From the NCBI RefSeq assembly GCF_024521635.1, contig NW_026250422.1, positions 1-64,000 of the forward strand: a stretch of 64,000 nt of DNA, read 5' to 3'. The notes beneath the pieces are model-generated. The model saw nothing but the letters and a program-made list of their open reading frames with translations, was not told where the DNA came from and ran no database searches. This stretch comes from Tricharina praecox (lineage: Eukaryota). This document shows positions 33,901 to 45,910 of this stretch, in pieces; position 1 is the first letter of the stretch, and every line of letters begins with the position of its first letter. The translations under genes were made by a program, and so were the position numbers.

Positions 33901-36549
33901 GGAACGACGACATGTTTATAAGGAGTGACTTTATTTTTGCGAGGTATTCCTTTCCCTTTTATTTTCTTAGCATGCGCTAACTCTTTCAGGTTTACGGAGA
34001 GGCTTCCGTAAGCTTGTTGGAGTTGTACATTTGGTATTCGTGCAGATCATCATTAGCTGGCGTTGATGTGGGGGTAGGCTAGCTGAATTCGGTCATGTAC
34101 ACGGGTGCTACCTAAGTGTTGTTGCTTTTACCGGTGATTATCTTCCGGAGATACATCCACGCATCATACAACTGCGTATTATGTATATTCACAACTGGGG
34201 GCTTGGTTTCTGGAAGGGAGGGTTAGGTGTGGAGTCCGTCGGTATACATACAGAAAAAGATCCCTGATATGTAATGGAGGGAGCGCGGGGGTTGAGGCGC
34301 CTTGGTGTTGCGGTGATCGGCGAAATGGAGGGACCTTATTGATGGCTTGCGTTGGCAGGAGAGACCGGGGAAGGGACCTAATGTTATGGGGTGTGATCCG
34401 GATTAAACCCGATGCGGCGGGCGAACGTTGAATTGTTTTCTAGATATTGTTTCTGTTCTGTTCTGTCTATCCGTCTTGTTTCCTTCTGTTCATCATCATC
34501 ATAGACCATCCACAGGATTAGTCAACCTTTTTGCGTCATCCTATTTTTTGGTCTCTCACTATTAAAGTAACTACGGTCAGCCTCCACTACGGTCTAAGAG
34601 TGAAAGCCGTCATGCAAAACCTCCCGCCATTTGTGCTACCGAATCTGGTGGACGAGGAAGCCGAAATATGGAGAACGTGAGAACACATAATAGAAAGAGG
34701 TGGAGCAAGGAGTGAACGAGAGCTTGAAATAAGACGACTCACCAGTGTTTCCAAAAACTGGATTGATTCGGGTCGCCGAGTGATAAAGCTTGACATGCAG
34801 GCTGGATTTAGTGGTCGCATACTACTATAGTAATCCTTCCTCCCTTCCGCGTCTCCCCAGAGGCAACCCCAGAGCTCCAAATCATTTAAAAGGAGCTAGT
34901 TAGAGGTCAAGGTGTTCGCTGTTGAATCTACACGGGCACTATGTACAGCCCCGGGAATGATCCGGCATCACTCGTTGTTTTTGACGTCTGAGTACATTAG
35001 GTAAGTACCCTGTACTAGGTATGGCGGGATACATCCGAGCATGCGGCGCTTGGGCGGTGCAGCCGCGTCCACTGGGGTTTCTTTCTCTCGGTTTCGCCAG
35101 AGTGTCGGGGAAGTTGGAACTAAGTGTTGGTAGTTACTATGTGCCAGGATTAGACCTCCGGAAGGCTCACGATCCTGAAGGTTCCTTACACTGTACGGAC
35201 GATATGTTGGACACATACAGTGACCCCGTGACGCACCGTACGCATCTTGGAAGCCGGAGGGGACGGGGATAGCTCCTATGTATGTAGGAGTATTGTGTCT
35301 TGAACTGGATGGGCGTGTATGTAGAGGCCTTCTCCGACCTACCGGACGAGAAGCATGAGAATCGACAGAAAATCGTCTACTATCCATCCATCCATCCATC
35401 CATCCATCCATTCATTGCCCCTTTTCCTAAGTTTACCCCGAAGTACGTTCGTGATAGGCTGATACGTACAAGCAGCCCCGCCTACCCCCGTAGTAGAAGA
35501 GATTATCGCAGATGAGCACCTTGCGTGGCTCTCCGCCATCGAACAAACAGGCTCTAAATCCGTTTGAGGTTAACAGCCAAGGCTTAGGGGGAGTGGTGGA
35601 GTGGCCGCCGGTGTGCGTGTACCGGTAGTAGAACGGCAACGTCTGCCGCCGTAGGAGCGGCACGACGTTGGGATAAACTGTCGTGATGGTTCGCAGGGAT
35701 TAGCCATGCACAGCGGGAGCCTTGCTTGGTCTTATTAATACATAAGCACATACGTCCAGGAAAGGCGGATGGATTAACTAGGTATAGCCTGGGATGAGTT
35801 ATTCACTGCGCGTATGGTCTATGGTCTGGAGGAAGCTATCGGGATTTGCACTGATTCCCGTATACGTATCGTATTATGTACATACAAAGCAACTCGAACC
35901 CAGGCCGTTTCTTCATACGGTACGGTATCCCTCACCCTGGAAATTGCTAATTGTGAAAAGTACTCTTTCACGAGTATGACAAGGGAGATGGAGAGATAAC
36001 TTTATGTCAACGGAGCCTCTTTCGTAGGCATCCGCATACTATCGAGAGAGAGAGAGATAATTCAGTTTATTGTCGCATACGGCCGCATACCACTGATCTC
36101 GTTTCGTCTTTTTCCGAAACATTAGGCAGTCCGAGTGACCGTTCATGATGAACCCGAACGAACTATCCACTCTGATGGTAATCCAACGATATTTCCGGCT
36201 GTCTGTCTGAAACATTTCCCCCCTCCCCCCCTCCACCCTGTCTGATGTCGAGTTTCAGGTAGCTTCCCCCGTGACCATGGATGCAGCGGGTGCGTGTGCA
36301 TCATCACCACAGGGAAAAATCTACGGGTGTGCTGTATTCCAGAATACCATTGCGTCTCGAGCTTCGGATCACAACTCTCCGACACCTCCCCACCATCTCC
36401 CCCCGTCGGCATCCAATCCCATACTTGCTAGTGTCTTGTGCAAAGGCCGTATCGACATTAAAATGCTATGGTTCATCAACATACAATATGCAAAGTATCT
36501 ACACGAGCGCAACCGGCGGCGGCGGCGGCTGCAGCGGCGGCGGCAGCGG

Positions 36550-38083
36550 CTACGCTTCCGAAATCCTCACTTCCGTCCGTTTGACGATTCCCGCCAGCCC
36601 GTCAAGGTCACCTCTGGCGTCGACAGCGGAGCCATCATCGTAGTTCCCCTCAATATCCGTGGTCATGGGGGCCGACACGCCCGCGAACCGCTCGGTCGAG
36701 GAGGAACAGTCATCGGATTTCGAGAACATACTTTCCAGCGGGATGCCGGGCGCGCCGCCGCCGCCAGTGCGCGAGAAGTTAGCGCCCGAGCGCGAGTGGT
36801 ACGTGTTGATGGACGGGAGGTGTGGCGGCTGCCGCCCGCCGGTGCCCTGCGAGCTGCTGGCGATAGAGCTGCCGAGGAGCCTGGGCATCACTTTACGTAT
36901 CGCTGGGCGCAGCGTCGGAATGCTGCTGCACATAATGCCGACGTGGATTTCGATCGTCATCCAAAGCGCTGTATCGGATACGTTGTCTATGGGATGCGTG
37001 CGACGTTAGGGGCTGGTTATGATACTACCCAGGAGGGGGAGAATAACTAACACGATGGGTCGATGGGACGGTCTTTCCCGATGGCAGTCCCAATGCGAAG
37101 GGCGTAAATAAGGCGCACAATGGCAGCGATCCACACCCTATATAGGTACTTGGGATGAGCGGAGCCGACAACGAAAAACCTCCCCAGCCAAAGTTGGAGA
37201 GGAATCGAAGGAAGAGAAAGCTTACAGAGCGCCCAAGGCGAAAACGACGGCAAGACCGTATTTCTGCCCCCAAGGCAAGCGCACCTGCCAGATGATCTTG
37301 AGCGGCGCCAGCCACACCACGAAGTCCATGAGGATGTTGACCACGCCGTATGAACTCTGCAATGTGAAGTAATCGAGGCACCCATTGGAGCCACCCGTAT
37401 TCATCCAGAACATTTGGGGGTGAATTCCGCAGAGGAACGTATGCAGGAAAACGAACAGAGTCGTACAAGTCGCCGTGAAGCCGAATATCACCCAGAAGAC
37501 CGTGCACATGCGGTACGACGGCGCCAGTCGGATGAGCTGGAGGACGAGGGATGCTCTCGCGAAGCCGAGCCCCAGAATGTAAAGTATGTGGATGATGTAA
37601 CTGTACTGCACCGACGTCAGTAAGAGGTGACGGTGAGGACGGACATCATTATTGAGCATAGTACATTGAGTATGTATTTTGTACATATCATACCTTCAAG
37701 ATTATCCTCATGTTTTTGTAGCCGACGAGCCATATATGGTTACCCAAACCGAACGGCACACTGGCAGCCATCAGTCCCGTAATCGTTATCGCTATCATCT
37801 AGCACACTGCCGTCAGCACCCCCGAGAAAGGGATCGTATGATTTGTTTGGGAGACGGCCATATGGCGTACCGTAGCGATGACGATGCAGTAGTCGTCGCG
37901 GCCAAGGATCCTCATGATAAAGGCCCTGCCGTATACTCGAGTGCTCACGATTAACAAGGCCAGCGCCGACAGGGCGATGGTGGTGGTCGCCAGCAACGGT
38001 CCTCTGTTATCGTCCGGGAGGCCCATGGCTGCCGCCTTGGCTGGCGGTATAAGCCCGTCGTACAAGCTGATGTTCGACGACAT
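36550..38083 (-). CDS. PTH11-like integral membrane protein (fungal rhodopsin-like receptor domain, no CFEM)
   Basis: Multi-exon; TRVYGR..LGRDDY, ARASLVLQLIRL, CGIHPQMFW, NILMDFVVWLAP, KYGLAVVFALG, IVRL, IEIHVGIMCSSIPTLRP. Confidence 0.88.
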
Positions 38084-38858
38084 TGAAGGGATCGCTCGAA
38101 TGGAAAGACATCACTCTGGTGCCTCGCATGGCCCACAGGGCATAAGCGACTTCATATACCTGATCCCCCCTCCTCCATCCCCCCTGTGAAGAAAAGCGGC
38201 TTTGCGACTAGTGTAGAGTGCCTATGTACGCAGAGTAGAGTATTTACTAGCCGTAGCCACCTCCTATGTAGAGTACATCTACATATGCCCCTAGTTACCG
38301 ACTCGAGCCAGCTCGCGATGCCTGGATCCAGCCCACTACCTACCTAGTCGGCATCCCCGGGCTGCTTGGATCCTCGTGGTGGGCATAAGTGTAGTGCTAT
38401 AACCAACTACTAGGTATAGAACTTCGAGAATGCAGCTGGTTCCTTGGCCCAAAAGCCTTTTCCGTAAGCAGTAGCATTTCCACCGAAACCATCCGGCTCG
38501 AGCAAGATTTGCACGTCTCAGAAATCCCCATCGCACTAAAACCGTGCAGAGACGTTATGGCGAACTTACCATGAGTTGCATCGGGCGACAGATCTTGCTC
38601 CTGCGACCACTCCACAATTCCCGGGGGGCAAGTCGGTGGGCAAAAGATGCTCGAATCAGGGGCCGGGACCCTTCTGCTGATGGGGTAGCTAGGTAGGTGC
38701 AGTACAGGGTGATATCTACCACGTTGTGGTTAGCAGGTAACTATCATACCTAGTAGGTGCCACGCGAAAAATCGTTTCGCTTGGCTGGAGTACTACATAT
38801 ATGGTACCCACCTATTAGTTACCTAGGTAGGTAGTAAGCTGTCGAATCCTCCCGCTCG

Positions 38859-39029
38859 CGATGATTCGAAACGATCCGGGAAACCTCCCAGTTCCCCCCA
38901 TCATTCGGCGTTCGAGAATCTCGGCAGTATTTTCGAATCCTGCAGTCCGCGACGATTCGAAACGATCCGGAAAACCTCACAGTTCCCCCACTATCTGGCG
39001 AAGTTTGAGAATCTCCAACAGTATTTTCG
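38859..39029. repeat. Two diverged tandem copies of an approx. 90-bp unit
   Basis: CGAxGATTCGAAACGATCCGGxAAACCTCxCAGTTCCCCCA...GAGAATCTC..CAGTATTTTCG occurs twice. Confidence 0.8.
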
Positions 39030-42000
39030 CCTCTTTGGCGAGCGAGCGAGGGCCAAACAGTTCCCCTGGGGCCCTGGCCACTGGCCAACCGTGGCAGTGG
39101 ACCGTCCGGGCCGTGGTTCGTACATGAGTAGTTATCCTACATATGTATAGTGGAACTGTAGATCTTGTAACTAGGTACCTAGGATTATACCCACCTAGGT
39201 ACTGCACGGATCCCGCAGCTTTCGAGGGAGGTCTGGTCTCTCCATCCAGTCCTCCAAAGAAAAGTATGTAGGTATCCATGTGAGATCCTGTCCACCAGGC
39301 AACTCCAACCTCCTGTGGGATTCCCACTAAACCACCTGCGCGTCTCGAGCGCTCTCAGCCTTTCACCGCCGATACCGGCTGAACAGACCGGTTGATGTTG
39401 GGTGAGATAGTGAGGTGACGGCCAGCGCGTTCGATTTCCGCAGGGAAAGTCTACGTTGTGCGAGCCGGGTCAGTTGAAACACAAGACGCAGGTGGGGGAG
39501 GGGCACCGTACTTCGCTGGTATGACTTACATACTTACTCTGCTGCCGTTCGTTACATAACTATCCAGCATCAAAGTACATCGTGCTGTGTGTGCATATCT
39601 ACATATGTAGAGCAAGACTTCGGAGATCTCGACAGGACCCCCAAAATCTGGGGGCCTGGAAACAAGACCCACCGTCCCGGGTTCACCACCGGGCGGAGGC
39701 TGATGTTTTTGACTGTCTGTATGTAATCTAGGTAGGCAGTCAGCATCTGCGGGCGACTCATCCGATGGCGGTAGGTATGTGCGTAGAGTATCTACATACC
39801 TTGCAGAAACATTACCACGGCAGTTGATCTCTGGCAGGGCCGCGTGCTGTGCTAGGCAGGTAGGTGGATATGTAGAATTATGCGCCCACTGCCCACGCCC
39901 ATATGATAGATACCGGTACATACAAACCTATGTCGCTTTGCCAGAGTACAGCACATACCGTTCCTACCGTATCCGCTCGATAGGTAGGTCAAAGGTTTCT
40001 GCCCCACTTGCGATCCGAATCCCAACATGCGTACTCTTCATACCCTACCCTTCCTACGCAGTGCACCACGCGATTCGAACAGATACGGCGAATCGATCGC
40101 ATCGCTGAGGGGGACGCCATAGGTACGGTACCATAGAGTGCGTACTCAGCTGCCGGGATTTGTTCCCGAGCACCTAGAATCCTAGATAACTATCCTCAAA
40201 CAGAATTTGCCATTCCAATCATCAATGATCCTGATCCAATCGCGACCTACGAGAGCTCGGCCCTCTTGCTAGCGACGGCGAATCCCTCGCGGAATGAGGG
40301 GCCATCCACGGTAGAGGAGTGACTAGAGTTCCTAGATGAACATCCCATAGCAACGGGGCTTTCCGCGGGAACCGAACCGGGAGAAATAAGCGAGCCCAAA
40401 CGTCGCAACACAAAATTTTATTCGTCACCATCATGCCCCACCACACAGAAACTTGTTACTTACTCCACTTATCTAGCTCTCGACTTCCCCAACCACCCGC
40501 AAAACAGGTGAGTACTGTGCTAGTATAAACCGACTTTGGAGATCTCCGAGACACGCCATGGTTAACCATAGTAGTAGGTGATGACAACTCCTCTGTCACC
40601 CCGTTCCTTCTCTTGAACTCTGTTTTCTACTCTAGAGGAAGTGGTGTTATTTGAACCTAAAGAGCGTGATGCAAGTCCTTGTGGTTTGAAGGTGCATTCC
40701 CATGTATCATACGAATGATTTACCCACCTATGTAACCAAGCTGACCGAGACAGAGATGCCCCACCATATCTAGTGAGTTGGTGAATACCGCCGATGTAGT
40801 ACTGTGCATACCCCATGTGGAGACTTCCGGAGCTACATATGGTATTTGCCACTGTGGATGCATTCGCATTTCGCCCCACGGCCCCTCTTCGGCAACGGTG
40901 GCCAAGTATGCACAGGGGGATTCGCAAGCCTTTCGGCATCGTTTCGGGTACCATGTACTAACCAGTTCGACCGTTCGAGCCCTCCCCCCAACGCCAACGC
41001 CAACGCCAACGCCAACAGCCCGAAAGTCTGGAGAACTACCTGGTTGGTTGCAGCCGAAATCTTCGGGGATCTCGAGTTCTAGCGATATCTTACTCTAATT
41101 TGCTCAGTGGGACCTCCCGCTTAACTAGGGCCTTTGAGGAAAGGAGCCACTCCTCCTACTACTACCCAGGTATTGTAGCCTGCGCCGCCACCTCGAACAC
41201 CACCGCGTCGTCGCGAAGGAAGCAGCACTTGTCGTCCGGCAGAACTTCAGGACCACGAAACCTTTTCTTCTTCTTCTTCTTCTTCTTCTTCGACGTTTCC
41301 AAGCTGGGGATCTTGCTGCTGAGCTGCTCCCGTCAGCCCAAAAGTCGCCCCGAGAAAGTTGCAGGAATCCCTCACTGAGACAGCATACGTCCAGATGTCA
41401 GCCAGCATAAGCGATCATGGGAATCCAGCACTCAGCCTACATACATACCTGGTAGAATCCAGCATCTATGTTAGCGCCAACAGCCAGGACCTGCGTGATT
41501 CGCGAGCACTCCGCCGCCGTCAGCCAGACCGCCACCACGGTTCGACGCAAAACGCAAAACGCATGACCTACAATTACAAACCGATCCTGGCGAATAATTC
41601 GTGGCTTTGAGGTCGATTGCGGGTGAAGCCCGTTCTGGATCTGTTGTCACGAGCCGTGTCACTACTGAGATACCGCATCATGATGGTTCCACTCACGCTC
41701 AACTATGATTCAGCTACCTAGATATATACATAGGATCCAATTGGTCAGTCCGCGACACAGGCGGGCAGACTAAAAGACCCCCAGAGCGACTAGATGCTTG
41801 GGTACGCCCGTGTAGAGTATTGAATTCTGAGAGGCGGTATCGGTGGCGCCTGCATGCGGATTCTTGGTACTCTAGCTCTCACCGCATATATACTTACGCG
41901 GATTGGATCATGAGGATCGTGCACAGTACCAGTACTCGACGATAACTACCGGGGGTGCGGTAAGCATTTTATTTATCAAGATCATATTTGAACAGGTCGA

Positions 42001-42717
42001 TTTAAACGTCTTGGAGTGTGCGTTTTCTTTTTTCTGTGAAAAATTTTCCGATTGCAGTTAGCCGAGTAACCTCCGACTGGATCATTTCCAGCACTGGCAC
42101 TGGCACTGAACTCATCGTCTCGCACTGGGCAGATCGCCTCCGATGTGAGTATAGGGGAGCCAGTCCTGCGTTGAAACCGCTAAAGCCTTTTGGGCACAGT
42201 AAATAAAAAAATAAAAAAATACAGCGCCACAGTACTCTACTCAATGGATATCCGTTCAGGGGGACATCCTTCCGCAGACGCGTTACCATCACCAAACATT
42301 CACCACGCAAGTACACACTTTCCCCGACGCCGATAGCACACTGTCTCCACCACGAATCATCCGCTGGTAAGTTCACTGTCTTCGCTGTCCGACTGACAGC
42401 TCCTGCTCTTTGGTAATTTCCTCGTTGCGGATACCACAGTTTTGCGTCGCGGATACCACAGTTTCGTGCCGCGGATAGGTACCCCCGTGTTTTTGCCGAC
42501 TCACTGCGAATACCATCGTTCAGAAAGATCCCTCTGTCCTCGATTCAAAGAAAGTACTCTGTTAGGGAATGTTTTTGCGTTGCCATCACGGGTTGAGATT
42601 CTACAGAAATGGGGACAGTTGACGCCGTTGACTCCACCCACCAAATGAACAAGTGGAAGAATTGTAACAGACATATTTGTCGAGAATGTTTTGTCTCTTT
42701 GTTTCCTGTCGCGACAT

Positions 42718-43030
42718 TTCACTGAGTGCACGGGGTGATACTGCTGAGCGCGCCCGGGTGATGATGTTGCCTATATACTTTTATTCCAGTTCAAACTTCA
42801 CTGAGCGCGCCCGGGTGATGCTACCACCTTCATACTTTTATTTGCAGTTCAAGGTGATGCTATTGCCTACATATTTTATTCCAGTTCACTGACCGTGCCG
42901 GGTGATGTTTCCTACATACTGCTATTTCTAGTTCACTGAGAAAACCGAGTGATGGTGATGTCGCCGCCTACATAGGTTTTTTCCAGTTCACACAGCGCGC
43001 CAAGTGATGGCCATAAATGCCAAGTGATGG
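42718..43030. repeat. Degenerate approx. 50-bp minisatellite, 5-6 copies
   Basis: Consensus approx. CTGAGCGCGCCCGGGTGATG..GCCTACATACTTTTATTCCAGTTCA. Confidence 0.8.
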
Positions 43031-44799
43031 TGTCGCAGCTGCCATAAGAGTGAAAGTGTGGCAGTGCCAATGCCTGTTGGTGGTTAGTGCGCACTAGCGT
43101 TTTCAACGCAGGACCGTATCCCGAGTATAGTAGATTAACCTCAATTTCGGACCGCTAGACTGGGTATCGGATCCACTATCCTTCCCGGTACATATGGGGG
43201 TGGTGGCGATCTCGACTCCTAGTGACGGATAGTTATAGACCAGTTCTAAGTTCCAACAGGAATCCAAATCATGGCTTGGCCGGGCCCTTGGCACGGTATG
43301 TACCAGCAGAGCTGGCCCGAGCCCATCGCTACATATGCGTAGAACCTGTGAGCAGATGGAACCGTGGAACCTGTGAGCATGTCATAGCAGAATACAAGTT
43401 CGCTGGGTAATCTTCACTGACCCGAGAGGAGCTCCACCCTTCGAGACGTTCGGGTTGTTGGCAGGACGTCCGGTTTCGTTGCAGTTACAGTTCGACGGCG
43501 GGCTTTCCACCAACCAGGGTAAGATTAGGGACCGCTGTCCAAGTTGCCTGCTACTACCTACTCCATAACTAGGATTACGTCCGGTCTTCGAAAAGAAAAG
43601 AAACATAAGCACCTGGTGCCCTACCAGCTCCGTCAGCGAGCGTCCAACAATGGCTGGTCCTCAATCGTTGATCTATATCTACCGGTACTCGGACCCAGTC
43701 CGAGTCGGATACATATGTTGAGATGCGGCGTCCTGGGCTCCCGCAAGTCCATCCCCAATGTCCACCGAGTGACTAGATACCTAGGTACCTAGCGTGTCGT
43801 CCGTCCGTCCCCGTCGCATCCTCGACGACACGACCGGGGCGAGAGTTCACGGCTTTGGGTATATAGAGTACCTATTGGGACCTAAGGTGGTGGCTACCAT
43901 CGGTATGTACACTCCCATAAAATAGAGAGTTGAAGTCGTGGTAGTTAAGCTACAGCTCCAGCCCCCAAGTAGCGAAATCGCCCGTTCTGCTGGTAGTGGA
44001 AGCCGAGTCATGTAGGTATGATGTGGCACTTTTTCCCGTCGGTATCGTTGAGCTGATCCTATGTACATGCTGGACTGTGGGAGCTTTTCCTGGGGAACTC
44101 TGATGCGCGACCCATCTGCTTCTCAGGTATGGTAGGGAGGTAGGTAGGGAGGTAGGTAGGTGGGGATATCAACGTAACAAGCTCGTGTGGTATGAGGGTT
44201 TATTGGGAATGCCCAGATGTGCACCGGCTCACATCTGTCCACCTACGAAGTTGCCCGACGAGTCATACATGGTGTTGCCGATCACTCACAATGATTCGCG
44301 TGCCTTTGTCGATGAAACAGAAAAAGGCATTGGCGATCACGTGCACTGGTTCGACGTAGTCGATAAGCCTGCTGCTCATGCTGCTGCGCGACGTGGTTAT
44401 AATCAGCATCAACATTCTCCCTGTACGGAAAAAAACCCGCGTGGCCTAGCGGTCACGCACCCGGCGGAGTTAGCATGGACAGCGGTCCAGCTACTGGGGT
44501 TTCCAAGCCATCCACCGGGGGCGGTGAAGGTTTTTGGTTCAAACCACGGTTCAGCTTCTTTTTTGTTTGTTTATTGATTGCAGGTGACCTATCTACCTAG
44601 ATGGTGGCAATTTCTACCCGTCCGCCCCCCCACGTTTCCACGTCACTGTCTAACTCGACTTACAAAGAAAAAATACTAGGAAGAGACAACGTCCGCTTCG
44701 TCGACTCGCCCGCTCCCTCAACTCTTCCCCTCCCCCAACCCATCCGCTCCCTCAACATGTCCCTACTCTGCCGCGAGTCCCTGCGGTGCGCTTGGCCGC

Positions 44800-45135
44800 C
44801 TCCTGCCTCTTCAGAAGGAGATGCCACGAAGGAGGTTGCAGTGGGCAGGAATAGTGGGGGTGACCCTGGCTCCTCAACTTCAGCACTTTCCTCCTCCTCA
44901 AGTCGCCTCAGTCCCCTCAGCTTCTCCTCTCTTTTCGCTCACCTGCCTCCCACTCGGACACCTCACTTGCTGAATATTCCTCATTGGCCTCTAGGATCCG
45001 CCTGCCTACATCGGTGAAGGAGAGTAAGTCTCGGATGGCCTGGCTGCACCGCTCGTCTACAAAGAGGTCTCGGATTTTGAAGCCCCACAGTATCTTCTGC
45101 TGGCTCTTCCATTCAGAGCAGCATTCAACTGGCCC
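44800..45135 (-). mobile_element. 3'-end fragment of a fungal non-LTR (LINE, Tad1-like) retrotransposon ORF2
   Basis: Manual translation CSEWKSQQKILW/FKIRDLFVDERCSQAIRDLLSFTDVGR..SEVSEWE..PLFLPTATSFVAS resembles the C-terminal tail of ascomycete LINE ORF2; frameshifted and truncated. Confidence 0.7.
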
Positions 45136-45423
45136 AATACGTGATATACAATGTACATAAATCTCAAGTGAGGAAGCATGCCGTTACGTGGCTATCTACA
45201 GTAGCAAAAAACGGGGGTAAAATTGACACCGTCGCCCAACCGTTTCCTGCAGAAGGAGTGATGGATACGGTATTATAAAACCAGCTCGCTGTGTCAGGAA
45301 AAAAAACGTATGCCGCAGAATGGTTATTTATCGGAGGCGGGTGTTCACGCGGTAGAGTATTGTGAAGACGAGGTGTTCGGCGAGAACACCGGTTCCCAAG
45401 ACAACGTTGTGAATACCATACTA

Positions 45424-45597
45424 ACACTTTGGGCCACAGAAAACCGTCTTTGACTGCAGTTGGTGCCCGCCTACCGACCGGTTTAACGCAAAAGCCAGAT
45501 TCTACAGAACTTCGGTTTAATACGGTACTGATGCAGCAAGCCCTTACGCCTTGTCTGCGCTTGTCCGAGTGCTTTCAACTTTGTCTTTCCGACAAAG

Positions 45598-45632
<35 letters not shown>

Positions 45633-45910
45633 AATAAATATATTGCCACATACGGACTATCTATTATCCTATCTAGACTAGTAATCTACGAAGACAGGAT
45701 GTCCCCGCGATCAAGAGACAGAATATTCCGAGAAAAAAACAGGGCCGTGGTCGAGTGATCACATATGATGCCCCGTGCTTTTCCCGTGTCTTCGAAAAGG
45801 CATCTATTTCTCACGCACTCTGATTCTCACGCAATCCTCGGTCTCACAAAATCTGATTCTCACGTAATCCGGTTCTCACGCACTCTGAGGTCTCACCTAT
45901 TCTCACGCCT
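45424..45910 (+). repeat. Dispersed repeat, copy 1 (inverted partner at 55706-56322)
   Basis: ACACTTTGGGCCACAGAAAACCGTCTTTGACTGCAGTTGGTGCCCGCCTACCGACCGG... plus a (TC)n tract and TTCTCAC sub-repeats; aligns by eye with the reverse complement of copy 2. Confidence 0.9.

Noticed and set aside
40720..40905. Kinase-like IPYVAPEV peptide on the minus strand
   Set aside because: Single motif without neighbouring kinase subdomains in frame; at most a relic
42718..43030. CRISPR-like array
   Set aside because: Eukaryotic context; whole units are degenerate copies with no unique spacers, and there are no cas genes
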